Assembly (NCBI GenBank): GCA_963768235.1 | Contig: CAVYHF010000016.1 | Location: 7,718-71,717, forward strand | Reading direction: 5' to 3' | From: an uncultured Flavobacteriaceae bacterium | GTDB lineage: Bacteria > Bacteroidota > Bacteroidia > Flavobacteriales > Flavobacteriaceae | Length of the DNA: 64,000 nucleotides | Part shown: piece by piece, positions 9,842 through 19,486 of the stretch | Layout: each line of letters starts with the position of its first letter | Position numbering within the stretch: the stretch's first letter is position 1 | Notes under the pieces: model-generated | Database searches by the model: none | Told to the model about the DNA's origin: nothing | The model's input: the letters and a program-made list of their open reading frames with translations, nothing else | Position numbers and translations under genes: made by a program

Positions 9842-10999
9842 TTACTCTGCAACACCAGTAACTTCTATATCAAATATTAAGTTGGAATTTGGCGGGATTG
9901 GACCGCCACCTTGTTCACCTAACCCTAGGTGTGGCGGCATAAAAACACGTATTTTATCGCCTATTTTCATTGTTAAAAGGCCTTCTTTAAAACCAGGGAA
10001 TAATCTTGCCTCTGGACTGTACAACATTGGTGTTGCTTCGTAACCACGACCTTGTTTTCTTCGTTCGTCATAAGTATTGAACATTTTGGCAATTTCTTCG
10101 ATATTGCTATCGAATAAGGTGCCATTCTCTAAATAACCGGCGTAGAATACTTTTACTTGTTGACCAATTTTTGGTCGTTCACCAGTTCCTTCAACTAGGT
10201 TATAAATTTGTAATCCAGATGGAAATGCCTTTGCTTTCTTCTTCATTTCTGTCAATTCAGCTACAAAAGCAGGAAGCATTTTTTTGAAAGCTTCCATTCT
10301 GGCTTGATTTTCTTTTTCCGCCTTAGCCAAACGCTCTTCCTCTGCAGCAAAATAATCGGTCATAATTTGTACCGCATCGAATTTTTTGGCCTCTTTGCCA
10401 TTTCTGATTATTTCAACCGTGTTCATAACCACATCAACCACAGGTTTGTCTTTTTGGGGAGCTTGTGATGTTGCAACATTTGCAATGGTATCAAGAACAT
10501 CCATACCTTTTATTACTTCACCAAAAACAGTGTGTACGCCATTTAACCAAGGTGTAGGTTTGAGTGTGATAAAAAACTGACTGCCGTTTGTTGTTGGCCC
10601 GCCATTGGCCATAGATAAGATACCCTTCTTGTCATGAACTAACGAGTCATTAAACTCATCTTTGAATTTATAGCCTGGATTACCAGTGCCTGTTGCTGTT
10701 GGGTCACCACCTTGAATCATAAAATCTTTCATTACCCTATGAAATGTAAGGCCATCATAATATTTTTTACCTTTATACTCCTCACTTACAAACGGACTGG
10801 TTCCTTCTGCCAAGGATACATAATTAGCAATGGTTATAGGCGTTTTAGCGTGTTCCAATTTAACAACGATATCACCTTTATTGGTTTGGATATCAGCAAA
10901 TATCCCATCACCTAAATCGGCATGCTTACCCGTTTTGCAGCTCGTCAAAGCCAAGATAACTGTGAGTACTAATAAATATATTTTTTTCATTTTTTTCAT
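9842..10999 (-). CDS. dual-family peptidyl-prolyl isomerase (N-terminal cyclophilin + C-terminal FKBP), lipoprotein
   Basis: Lipoprotein signal LALTSC. Cyclophilin block FHRVMKDFMIQGGDP...SMANGGPTTNGSQFFIT. FKBP block VKVFYAGYLENGTLFDSN...IPPNSNLIFDIEV. Confidence 0.85.
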   Translation of the reverse strand: MKKMKKIYLLVLTVILALTSCKTGKHADLGDGIFADIQTNKGDIVVKLEHAKTPITIANYVSLAEGTSPFVSEEYKGKKYYDGLTFHRVMKDFMIQGGDPTATGTGNPGYKFKDEFNDSLVHDKKGILSMANGGPTTNGSQFFITLKPTPWLNGVHTVFGEVIKGMDVLDTIANVATSQAPQKDKPVVDVVMNTVEIIRNGKEAKKFDAVQIMTDYFAAEEERLAKAEKENQARMEAFKKMLPAFVAELTEMKKKAKAFPSGLQIYNLVEGTGERPKIGQQVKVFYAGYLENGTLFDSNIEEIAKMFNTYDERRKQGRGYEATPMLYSPEARLFPGFKEGLLTMKIGDKIRVFMPPHLGLGEQGGGPIPPNSNLIFDIEVTGVAE

Positions 11000-11000
11000 T

Positions 11001-11549
11001 TTAATTTTGAATACTATCTTGTTGTTTTTTGATTTTCAATACGGTTATTGTTGATTTTATCGGAACATTGATTCCAATTTTATTATTGTCGCCATGGTAG
11101 CCATAAGCCAATGAAGACGGAAACAAAAAAGTAGCCGTTTCCATTTCTTTTAAAAGTTTAACGCTATTACGTAATCCCGGAAAAAGCTCTTGTTTGTCTA
11201 CTTTATATTTTAAAATACCAATTTCTTCACCTGAATAGATCGTATCATTGTTAAAACCCACTACATTATAGGTCAGTGTTACCAAATCATCAGGTTGAGG
11301 TGAGTAAGTGGAAGCTTCATTTTTTTGCACATAATAGTACCAAGCACCAGCAGCACTATGCTCGTATTCCCGTAATGAATCTTTTGCCATAATGGTATTC
11401 ATCATAGCTTCCTCCAGTGCCAAGAGTTTTTTGCTTCTTTCGACAGAGGCATTAAAACTACCACTTTTAACCTTAACTGGTCGTCGGGGTTCTGGGCTTC
11501 CGCAACTTGCCAAATTAAAAATCAACAAAATTAGGAGTACCTTTTTCAT
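11001..11549 (-). CDS. gldI: FKBP-type PPIase lipoprotein, GldI-like (gliding motility associated)
   Basis: 182-aa ORF with lipoprotein signal FNLASC and an FKBP-like C-terminal half (LTYNVVGFNNDTIYS...FLFPSSLAYGYHG). Size and context match GldI as I remember it. Confidence 0.65.
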   Translation of the reverse strand: MKKVLLILLIFNLASCGSPEPRRPVKVKSGSFNASVERSKKLLALEEAMMNTIMAKDSLREYEHSAAGAWYYYVQKNEASTYSPQPDDLVTLTYNVVGFNNDTIYSGEEIGILKYKVDKQELFPGLRNSVKLLKEMETATFLFPSSLAYGYHGDNNKIGINVPIKSTITVLKIKKQQDSIQN

Positions 11550-12562
11550 GGATTTAATTGTTCTTTATAATCTTGCAATAAGGAAACAAAATAATCGACG
11601 GTTTCAGCTAGGGAAATTTCACTTCTACCACCAGCTGCGTTGGTATGTCCGCCACCATTAAAATGCTTTCGTGCAAATTCGTTTACTGAGAAATCACCTT
11701 CAGAACGGAATGAAATTTTAATAATTCCTTCTTCCTTGTTTTCAATAAATATTACAGCAAAACAGATTCCAGATAAGGTAAGTCCGTAATTAACAAACCC
11801 TTCGGTGTTTCCTTTTTGATAGTTATAGGTATCAAGTTCATCTTGACTCAGCGTGATGTATGCCGTATTAAAATCCTCCAAAATCACCATATTTTTTAGT
11901 GCACAACCTAAAAGATGAAGTCTACTTGGTGTATTGGTATCATAGACCAAATTATGTGCTTTTGTATTTTCAGCTCCTTTTTCAATAAGTGCAGCTACTA
12001 CTTTATGGGTTCTACTGGTCGTCGATGAATATTTGAACGAACCGGTGTCGGTCATTATGCCCGTGTAAATACAATCGGCGATTTCAGGCGTAATTTTGTC
12101 GTCATCACCCAAGTATTCTATGAAATTATAAATCATTTCACAGGTAGAACTCATACTCACATCTGAATATATGATTTGAGCGTAATCGGATGGCGCTTGA
12201 TGGTGGTCGATCATAATGATCGGGGTATTGGCTCCTTTAAGATAAGATTCCATTTGACCTATACGCCCCAAGTGATTAAAGTCCAAAGTGAAAATTAGTG
12301 TTGCCTCTTCTATTTTTTCCTTGGCCTGTGAATTCTCTTTTTCAAAATTGAGAATATGTTCATGACCGGGCATCCATTTTAAGAATTTAGGGTAATCGTT
12401 TGGAGAGATAACGGTGGCCTCTTGCCCTATGTTTTTTAGATAGTGCCATAATGCCAAGGTTGAGCCAATAGCATCACCATCAGGGTTCTTATGGGGAACA
12501 ATCACGATTTTCTGTGGTTTTGAAAGCAGTTTCTTAACCGCATTTACATCCTCTAAATTCAT
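11546..12562 (-). CDS. nrnA: DHH-family oligoribonuclease / pAp phosphatase
   Basis: DHH motifs HKNPDGDAIGS, MIDHHQ and GGGHTNAAGG. It has a 4-nt overlap with the downstream gldI-like gene. Confidence 0.85.
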   Translation of the reverse strand: MNLEDVNAVKKLLSKPQKIVIVPHKNPDGDAIGSTLALWHYLKNIGQEATVISPNDYPKFLKWMPGHEHILNFEKENSQAKEKIEEATLIFTLDFNHLGRIGQMESYLKGANTPIIMIDHHQAPSDYAQIIYSDVSMSSTCEMIYNFIEYLGDDDKITPEIADCIYTGIMTDTGSFKYSSTTSRTHKVVAALIEKGAENTKAHNLVYDTNTPSRLHLLGCALKNMVILEDFNTAYITLSQDELDTYNYQKGNTEGFVNYGLTLSGICFAVIFIENKEEGIIKISFRSEGDFSVNEFARKHFNGGGHTNAAGGRSEISLAETVDYFVSLLQDYKEQLNP

Positions 12563-12809
12563 GCGCGCAAAGATAACAATATAGCGTAGAATTTCATCAT
12601 AAAAGACAATTTTTACCTAAGAAATCTAACCCTTGGGAATGACGAAAAACCGAATTGGAAAGGAAAGGGGGGTTTTTTTAAAAGTTTTGGTTTTATCAAA
12701 ATTCATCTTCAATCAAAAAAAGTCTTTTTTACCTTTATAGGTGGTAATAGAGAAACTTTAGGGCAAAGAAAGCAATCATTTTGAGACTTGCCTTTTCATG
12801 AATAAAACG

Positions 12810-12817
12810 TACTTTTG
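12810..12817 (+). promoter_or_regulatory. Bacteroidetes-type -7 promoter box (TAnnTTTG) upstream of ndk
   Basis: TACTTTTG lies 17 nt upstream of the ATG at 12834. This supports the shorter ndk start. Confidence 0.5.
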
Positions 12818-12833
12818 CCCAAAATTTTTACAA

Positions 12834-13253
12834 ATGACTACAAACAGAACTTTTACAATGATCAAACCCGATGCGGTTGAAAATGGACATATTGGTGCCA
12901 TTTTAGGGAAAATAACTTCTGCAGGTTTTAAGATCGTGGCCATGAAATATACTCAGTTGAGCAGAAGGGATGCTGAGAAGTTTTATGAAATACATTTGGA
13001 ACGTCCATTTTTTGGGGAATTGGTTCAATTTATGACAAGAGGACCAATTGTTTCTGCAATTTTGGAAAAAGAAAATGCAGTTGATGATTTTAGAGCGTTG
13101 ATTGGGGCTACCAACCCTGCAGAAGCTGCTGAAGGTACTATTCGTAAATTGTTCGCAACTGACATTGCTGAGAATGCTGTTCATGGTTCAGATAGTGATG
13201 AAAATGCAGCTATTGAAGGTGCTTTTCATTTTTCAGGAAGAGAGATATACTAA
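12834..13253 (+). CDS. ndk: nucleoside-diphosphate kinase
   Basis: [12 protein letters not shown] and NAVHGSDS active-site His motifs. The ORF is open from 12798, but MTTNRTF is the canonical N-terminus. Confidence 0.95.
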   Translation: MTTNRTFTMIKPDAVENGHIGAILGKITSAGFKIVAMKYTQLSRRDAEKFYEIHLERPFFGELVQFMTRGPIVSAILEKENAVDDFRALIGATNPAEAAEGTIRKLFATDIAENAVHGSDSDENAAIEGAFHFSGREIY

Positions 13254-13297
13254 CTCTATTTTATATATTTACAAAGCCACCCAATAGGTGACTTTTT

Positions 13298-13594
13298 TCA
13301 TCGTAAAACTATCTTTTTGACCAAGTTTTTGCCGAGCTCCTCATTGAGCATATCCAATATTTTGGACTTGCCATGACTTAATTCCTCCCTAAGTACCGAT
13401 GAGGATAAGGATACATACAATGTTTCATTACGGAGCTCAATAGCCGTAGTATAATTGTTCACTCCGTTACCCATTAAATTTACCCAAGCTTCGCGAGCAT
13501 TCACTTTGTCAATACCATGTTGCAGCTTGTTTTTTTGAATAAAATCGTTCAAGGCTTCACTCAAAGGTAGATTATCGTTTTTTCGCTTTGCCAT
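13298..13594 (-). CDS. DUF721 domain protein (recF-associated)
   Basis: 98-aa ORF in the typical position downstream of recF. Family name from memory. Confidence 0.75.
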   Translation of the reverse strand: MAKRKNDNLPLSEALNDFIQKNKLQHGIDKVNAREAWVNLMGNGVNNYTTAIELRNETLYVSLSSSVLREELSHGKSKILDMLNEELGKNLVKKIVLR

Positions 13595-14013
13595 TATTTG
13601 TTCACATTAATGGGTTCAAATCGTTTGTAATAGTAGGTGATATTCTCAGTATTGGTAACTGAGAAGGAATGTTCATCCAAGGATTTTAAGACCTCTGTCC
13701 ATTCACTTAGCTCGTTTTTATAGTGTATCTCAATTCTGTTTTGCTGCGCAATGATCGTAAATTGCTCTGCATCATTCGATGTGTCAAAAGTACCATCAAA
13801 CTTTGGGTAGACTTTTTTCCTATATCCAGACAATTCTTTTAACTCAATATAATCTACCGTGGTATTCACTTTGTATTCCTTGCTTTGCCCATTGGCCAAC
13901 GTTACCTTTTCAATTTCCCAATAACCGTTTAAAAGGGTAAGTTCTTCCTGTGAGACCTTATTTTGACATGCTACCAACATAAGAAAGATTCCGAAAGACA
14001 CAATTTTATTCAT
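13594..14013 (-). CDS. small lipoprotein, unknown function
   Basis: Start set at MNKIVSFGIFLMLVACQ (lipobox VAC), immediately after the recF stop. The longer ORF would overlap recF. Confidence 0.6.
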   Translation of the reverse strand: MNKIVSFGIFLMLVACQNKVSQEELTLLNGYWEIEKVTLANGQSKEYKVNTTVDYIELKELSGYRKKVYPKFDGTFDTSNDAEQFTIIAQQNRIEIHYKNELSEWTEVLKSLDEHSFSVTNTENITYYYKRFEPINVNK

Positions 14014-14014
14014 T

Positions 14015-15094
14015 TTACAATTTAAATATTTTATAGGATTGATGTATGTTTTTAACGATTTCTTCGGTTCGTTCGGCATGGGTATCACTAATAAAAATCT
14101 GTCCGAAATTTTCATTATCCACCATGCTCACGATTTGTGCCACCCGGTTTTCATCCAGCTTATCAAAAATATCATCCAATAATAATATCGGCGTAGTTTT
14201 GGCCTGTTTCTTTATAAAGTGGAACTGTGCGAACTTTAGGGCTATCAAGAACGATTTTTGTTGCCCTTGACTACCGAATTTTTTAATGGGATGCCCTGTT
14301 ATTTCAAAGTTCAGATCATCTTTATGTATGCCCATACCAGTATATTGCAAAATACGGTCTTTCTCAACGTTTTTGGTAAGTAGACTTAGCAGATCATCAT
14401 CAAGTAACTTACTATCATAGCTCAAAGTAACTTCTTCGTTGCCCCCTGAAATAGAGGCATATTGTTCCTTAAAGATAGGGATGAATGCTTCTACAAACTT
14501 CAAGCGTTTTTTGAATATTTCAGAACCATATTTATGCAATTGTTCATCGTAAACCGAAAGGGTGGAAGCATCAAAAGTATGATTCGCAACGAAATACTTT
14601 AAGAGCGAATTTCGCTGAACGAGTATCTTGTTATATTTGATGAGCGTCTGTAAATAATCCTTGTCCGATTGCGAGATAACCCCATCTATGAACTTTCTCC
14701 TGGTATCACTCCCTTCAATAATTAAATCACGGTCTGCAGGGGAAATAATCACTAAAGGTATAAGGCCAATATGGTCAGACAAACGCTCGTAGGCCTTACC
14801 GTTTCTTTTAATGATTTTTTTCATGCCCTTTTTCAGGCTACAGACAATTTTTTCTTCCCTATCAAGTTTTTCAAACTCGCCATCTATAACAAAAAAATCT
14901 TCCTCATGTTTTATATTTTGCGAGGCAACAGGGTTAAAATAACCTTTACCAAAAGACAAATGATAAATGGCATCCAAAGCATTGGTTTTCCCCACTCCGT
15001 TAGGACCAACAAGGCAATTGATTTTACTATCGAACTCAAAGTTTCGGGAGTCGAAATTCTTATAATTGATAAGGGATAATCGCTTAAGAAACAT
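14015..15094 (-). CDS. recF: DNA replication and repair protein RecF
   Basis: Walker [10 protein letters not shown], signature-like FGSQGQQKS, and Walker [12 protein letters not shown]. Confidence 0.95.
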   Translation of the reverse strand: MFLKRLSLINYKNFDSRNFEFDSKINCLVGPNGVGKTNALDAIYHLSFGKGYFNPVASQNIKHEEDFFVIDGEFEKLDREEKIVCSLKKGMKKIIKRNGKAYERLSDHIGLIPLVIISPADRDLIIEGSDTRRKFIDGVISQSDKDYLQTLIKYNKILVQRNSLLKYFVANHTFDASTLSVYDEQLHKYGSEIFKKRLKFVEAFIPIFKEQYASISGGNEEVTLSYDSKLLDDDLLSLLTKNVEKDRILQYTGMGIHKDDLNFEITGHPIKKFGSQGQQKSFLIALKFAQFHFIKKQAKTTPILLLDDIFDKLDENRVAQIVSMVDNENFGQIFISDTHAERTEEIVKNIHQSYKIFKL

Positions 15095-15190
15095 TCAGTG
15101 AACCTCCGGATTTTTATATTATAACACGTGTAACTTGCAAAATATCCAAAAATAACGAATAAATACCGCTCCTGATTTCAATAAAAACTT

Positions 15191-15198
15191 TATTTTTG
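15191..15198 (+). promoter_or_regulatory. Bacteroidetes-type -7 promoter box (TAnnTTTG)
   Basis: TATTTTTG lies 21 nt upstream of the ATG at 15219. Confidence 0.5.
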
Positions 15199-15218
15199 CG
15201 CGATTAATAAAAATACTG

Positions 15219-15986
15219 ATGGCAACTTATAAAAAGCGCGGTTTTAAACCGAAGAACAAGGCTGAAGAGCAAAGATTCAATGAGCAGGAAAGTACAACGG
15301 CTGAGGTATTTAGCACCTTGGATGAGAGTGCTTCGAAGACTGAGGAATGGGTATCTAAAAACCAGAATTATATCCTTGGGGTCATTGGGGTCATTGCAGT
15401 AGCTGTTTTAGGTTATTTGGCTTACAGTCAGTTTATTCAGAAGCCAAAGGATGCAGAAGCAACAAATGAACTTTTATATCCACAGCAATATTTTGAGCAA
15501 GCATTGACAAATACAACAGCTAAGGATTCACTTTACAATTTGGCGTTAAACGGTGCTGAAGGTAAGTATGGGTTCTTGGACATTATTGATGAATACCAAG
15601 GAACAAAAGCGGCCAATTTAGCCAATTATTCAGCTGGAATGGCATATTTGGATATGCAGCAATATGAGAATGCGATTTCACATTTAGAGAATTTTTCTTC
15701 TGATGATGATATTTTAGGGTCCCTAGCAAAGGGTGGTTTAGGTGATGCCTTTATGCAGTTAGGTCAGCCTGAAGATGCATTGGGATATTACGAAAGTGCA
15801 GTAGTGCATAGTGTAAATGACTATACCACTCCAAAATTCCTTTATAAATCCGGAGTTACAGCTTTAGAATTAAAACAAAACGATAAAGCTTTGAAATATT
15901 TCCAGAGAATTAAAGATGAGTTCCCATCTTCTGATGAGGCCACTACTATTGATGCTTTTATAGGAATGGCTAAAAGTACCAAGTAA
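15219..15986 (+). CDS. membrane-anchored tetratricopeptide-repeat protein
   Basis: 255-aa ORF with one TM helix (ILGVIGVIAVAVLGYLAY) followed by TPR-like repeats. Confidence 0.7.
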   Translation: MATYKKRGFKPKNKAEEQRFNEQESTTAEVFSTLDESASKTEEWVSKNQNYILGVIGVIAVAVLGYLAYSQFIQKPKDAEATNELLYPQQYFEQALTNTTAKDSLYNLALNGAEGKYGFLDIIDEYQGTKAANLANYSAGMAYLDMQQYENAISHLENFSSDDDILGSLAKGGLGDAFMQLGQPEDALGYYESAVVHSVNDYTTPKFLYKSGVTALELKQNDKALKYFQRIKDEFPSSDEATTIDAFIGMAKSTK

Positions 15987-16468
15987 TGGCTACTGAAAAT
16001 AAGAATTTATCGGTTTACGATAAAGCTACAATCCCAAACGCGAAGGACTTTCGGTTTGGGATTGTTGTTTCTGAATGGAATGCTAAAATTACAGAAAACC
16101 TTTATAAAGGAGCTTATGAAGCTTTATTGGACTGTGGTGTACTTAAAGAAAACATTATTCGTTGGAATGTTCCGGGTAGTTTTGAACTGACCTATGGTTC
16201 AAAAAAGATGATCACTTCGCAAAAAGTTGATGCTGTAATCGCTATTGGAAGTGTCATTCAGGGTGAAACTAAACATTTTGATTTTGTTTGCAGTGCTACA
16301 GCCCAGGGAATCAAAGACTTGAATGTACTTTATGATACGCCCGTGATCTTTTGTGTCCTTACCGACAATTACATGCAACAAGCAATAGATAGAAGTGGTG
16401 GCAAGCATGGTAATAAGGGTACCGAAGCCGCAGTAGCTGCTATTAAAATGGCTGCTTTGGGAAAGTAA
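15986..16468 (+). CDS. ribH: 6,7-dimethyl-8-ribityllumazine synthase
   Basis: 160-aa ORF with typical lumazine synthase blocks (FGIVVSEWN, VPGSFEL, GSVIQGETKHFDFV). TAATG overlap with the upstream gene. Confidence 0.95.
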   Translation: MATENKNLSVYDKATIPNAKDFRFGIVVSEWNAKITENLYKGAYEALLDCGVLKENIIRWNVPGSFELTYGSKKMITSQKVDAVIAIGSVIQGETKHFDFVCSATAQGIKDLNVLYDTPVIFCVLTDNYMQQAIDRSGGKHGNKGTEAAVAAIKMAALGK

Positions 16469-16576
16469 GTCTTGAATTTAAGTAATTTACTTCATATTAA
16501 TTTATCGACATTTTCTTTTAGTTACACTGTTAACAAATTTTGGCAATAGGTTTACAGCATATTTTTTGATTTTAAG

Positions 16577-16584
16577 TAACTTTG
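16577..16584 (+). promoter_or_regulatory. Bacteroidetes-type -7 promoter box (TAnnTTTG)
   Basis: TAACTTTG sits just upstream of the ATGs at 16591/16597. This argues against the TTG start at 16582. Confidence 0.45.
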
Positions 16585-16590
16585 GAAGCA

Positions 16591-16890
16591 ATGGGTATGT
16601 TTAGTAAAATAACGAAAAGAGGAAAGAATAGAAAGTACGATTATAAGCCTCGTTTCTATGACGATAAGGGAAGGGGTAACCCTTATAAGATGGAACCAAA
16701 ATTTGATAAATTTCGAAGTACAGTCAATACCCCAAGAGGAATAAAGAGAAAACTTAATTCGGCCATGGATGATTTAAGGACCAAAGGTGACCGAAATTTA
16801 AAAATAAGAATGATTGTTATTTTGGCAGTATTGATATTTATTTTTCTCTACATCATCGATTTTGACCTATCTATATTCTATAAGGGCTAA
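16591..16890 (+). CDS. small basic protein with C-terminal TM anchor, unknown function
   Basis: About 99-aa ORF with a Lys/Arg-rich N-terminus and one C-terminal TM helix. Its stop overlaps the mutL start (TAATG). Confidence 0.5.
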   Translation: MGMFSKITKRGKNRKYDYKPRFYDDKGRGNPYKMEPKFDKFRSTVNTPRGIKRKLNSAMDDLRTKGDRNLKIRMIVILAVLIFIFLYIIDFDLSIFYKG

Positions 16891-18740
16891 TGGCAGATAT
16901 CATAAAACTTTTGCCAGACCATGTTGCGAATCAAATAGCTGCCGGTGAGGTAGTACAGCGACCTGCATCGGTAGTTAAAGAGCTATTGGAAAATGCCATT
17001 GATGCCGGGGCAACCTCCATAAAACTTATTATTAAAGATGGCGGAAAAGTTCTCGTTCAAGTAATTGATGACGGAATGGGCATGAGTGCTACTGATGCAC
17101 GATTGAGTTTTGAGAGGCATGCGACTTCCAAAATCCAAAAGGCTGAGGATTTATTCAACTTGAACACCAAAGGGTTCCGTGGTGAGGCGTTGGCTTCTAT
17201 TGCTGCTATTGCCCATGTTGAGATGCAGACAAAGCCCGAACAGGAAGAAATGGCAACCCATTTGAAAATAGAAGGTAGCGAAATCAAGTTCCAAGAGGTA
17301 TGTGTAACACCAAAGGGAACATCGATATCAGTTAAAAATCTCTTTTTTAATATACCGGCTAGGCGTAATTTTTTAAAATCGAATCAAGTGGAGCTTCGTC
17401 ATATTACAGACGAATTTCATAGGGTCGCTTTGGCTCATCCAAATATTGCCTTTAATTTTTATAATAATGGGAGCGAGCTGTTCAATTTGCCACAAGCAAA
17501 CCAAAGACAGCGCATCGTGCATATTTTTGGAAGTAAGATCAATGAAAAATTAGTCCCAGTTAATGAGGAAACCCAAGTAGTTCAGATTTCTGGATTCATC
17601 AATAAACCCGAGTTTGCCAAAAAAAGTAGGGGGGAGCAGTTTTTCTTTGTTAATAATCGTTTTATCAAAAGTCCGTATTTGCATCATGCCATATTATCGG
17701 CTTTTGAAGGTTTGATTAAATCCGATGCTTATCCTGGTTATTTTTTGTATTTGACTGTTGACCCAGGTTCAATAGATATCAATATTCACCCAACAAAGAC
17801 TGAAGTCAAATTTGATGATGAGCATACTTTGTATGCTATTTTACGATCAACGATAAAGCATAGCTTGGGCCAATTTAATGTGGTCCCGGCATTGGATTTT
17901 GAGCATGATCAAAATCTTGAAACACCTTATAGTTATAAAAATAAAGGTGCTTTGCAACCTAAGGTAACTGTTGATAGCGGGTTCAATCCTTTTCAAGATG
18001 GTCCCCAAAATTCTGCTGGTGCCAGAACTTATAAGAAACAGAGCACCGAAGGATGGGAAAATCTTTATGTGGGATTGGAATCCAAAGTAGGTAAGGACAA
18101 TGATTTTAGCAGTTTGAAATTCGAATCTGAAACGATTACAGGGTCTATTTTCGAGGGACAACAAGATCGTTTGGAAACCATAGCTACAACTTTTCAATTG
18201 CGACGGAAGTATATTGTGACTACTATAAAATCGGGCATGATGGTTATTGATCAGAGTAGGGCACATCAACGGGTTTTATATGAACAGTTTTTAAAGAATA
18301 TTACAGTTAATGAAGCTGTTAGCCAACAATTGTTGTTTCCATTGAGTTTATCTTTCTCTAAGACAGATGTCGATGTATTGAAAGACATTAAAGAAAGTCT
18401 AACGACCATTGGTTTTGTGTTTTCAAAGGTTGATGGAGAGGAAGTAAAGATAACGGGAGTGCCATTAATGGTTGCTGAAAGTGAAGTGGGTATTGTTTTG
18501 GATCAGTTGATTTCCGATTTTCAGTTGGAAATAACCGAAGAAAGCTTTTCACAAACCGATGTACTGGCGAAGACCTTGGCAAAAACCTTGGCTGTTAAGA
18601 CCGGGGAGGTTTTGAACAATACTTCGCAACAAGCGCTGGTGAACGATTTGTTTGCTTGTAAGGAAACTAGGGTGAGTCCGTTTAACAAACCAGTATTTGT
18701 GACCATAACCGAAAATGATATTGATAAAAAATTTATTTAG
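16890..18740 (+). CDS. mutL: DNA mismatch repair protein MutL
   Basis: GHKL ATPase motifs AAGEVVQRPASVVKELLENAIDAG and GFRGEAL. 616 aa. Confidence 0.95.
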   Translation: MADIIKLLPDHVANQIAAGEVVQRPASVVKELLENAIDAGATSIKLIIKDGGKVLVQVIDDGMGMSATDARLSFERHATSKIQKAEDLFNLNTKGFRGEALASIAAIAHVEMQTKPEQEEMATHLKIEGSEIKFQEVCVTPKGTSISVKNLFFNIPARRNFLKSNQVELRHITDEFHRVALAHPNIAFNFYNNGSELFNLPQANQRQRIVHIFGSKINEKLVPVNEETQVVQISGFINKPEFAKKSRGEQFFFVNNRFIKSPYLHHAILSAFEGLIKSDAYPGYFLYLTVDPGSIDINIHPTKTEVKFDDEHTLYAILRSTIKHSLGQFNVVPALDFEHDQNLETPYSYKNKGALQPKVTVDSGFNPFQDGPQNSAGARTYKKQSTEGWENLYVGLESKVGKDNDFSSLKFESETITGSIFEGQQDRLETIATTFQLRRKYIVTTIKSGMMVIDQSRAHQRVLYEQFLKNITVNEAVSQQLLFPLSLSFSKTDVDVLKDIKESLTTIGFVFSKVDGEEVKITGVPLMVAESEVGIVLDQLISDFQLEITEESFSQTDVLAKTLAKTLAVKTGEVLNNTSQQALVNDLFACKETRVSPFNKPVFVTITENDIDKKFI

Positions 18741-19484
18741 ATGGGGAGATTAACCGATGCAATTAAGCATTTACTGATAATAAACGTGCTATTATTTATA
18801 GCGACCATGTTATACGGAGACCAGATGTATGAATGGCTTTCATTATGGTTTCCAAAAAATGAAAATTTTGGATTTTGGCAAATGGTCTCGCATATGTTCA
18901 TGCATGGTGGTTTGGCACATATTGGTTTTAATATGTATGCGCTTTGGGCTTTTGGCACGCCACTTGAAAGAATGTGGGGAAGAAACAAGTTCTTGTTTTT
19001 TTACTTTTCGGCAGGACTGGGTGCAGCACTTATTCATACTGGGGTGAATTATTATTATTTTAATGAGGGTATTGATGCATTGGTTAATTCTGGGTTAGCG
19101 AAAAATGAGATAATTGAGATTATCTCTGGCGGTCAGTATAGTCCAAGTTGGTATGACATCGCACCAAAAAGTACAATCGATAACTTTTTGAGTGCATATA
19201 ATACCCCTGCTGTCGGTGCGTCTGGTGCAATCTATGGAATTTTAGTAGCTTTCGGAATGTCATATCCAAATAGCGAACTCTTCCTGATATTCCTTCCCAT
19301 CCCTATAAAGGCAAAAATATTCATCCCAGTTTTAATTGCTTTGGATTTATTCTCGGGAGTAACAGGTTATGGTATATTTGGACAAGGTATAGCGCATTTT
19401 GCCCATGTGGGAGGGGCTATTGCTGGTTTTGTAATGATGTGGTATTGGAAGAAAAACCAATTCAACAATAAACGTTGGAATTAA
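18741..19484 (+). CDS. rhomboid family intramembrane serine protease
   Basis: Multi-TM protein with HMFMHGG, GASGAIYG (catalytic Ser) and AHVGGAIAG (catalytic His) motifs. Confidence 0.9.
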   Translation: MGRLTDAIKHLLIINVLLFIATMLYGDQMYEWLSLWFPKNENFGFWQMVSHMFMHGGLAHIGFNMYALWAFGTPLERMWGRNKFLFFYFSAGLGAALIHTGVNYYYFNEGIDALVNSGLAKNEIIEIISGGQYSPSWYDIAPKSTIDNFLSAYNTPAVGASGAIYGILVAFGMSYPNSELFLIFLPIPIKAKIFIPVLIALDLFSGVTGYGIFGQGIAHFAHVGGAIAGFVMMWYWKKNQFNNKRWN

Positions 19485-19486
19485 CA

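Noticed and set aside
12640-12700. G6-T7 run (GGGGGGTTTTTTT) preceded by AAAAACC, resembling a terminator or small RNA 3' end upstream of ndk.
   Set aside because: The only possible stem is an A/U-rich 7-bp pairing with a 19-nt loop. The region lies between divergent promoters, where no terminator is expected.
12798-12833. N-terminal extensions proposed by the longest-ORF rule for ndk, dapB (to 25325), the porin (to 57092), the InsA-like gene (to 57585), the amidohydrolase (to 3573), pepD (from 7729) and DUF3810 (to 7737).
   Set aside because: The extensions precede canonical N-termini or signal peptides and overlap neighbouring genes or promoter boxes. Internal ATGs fit better.
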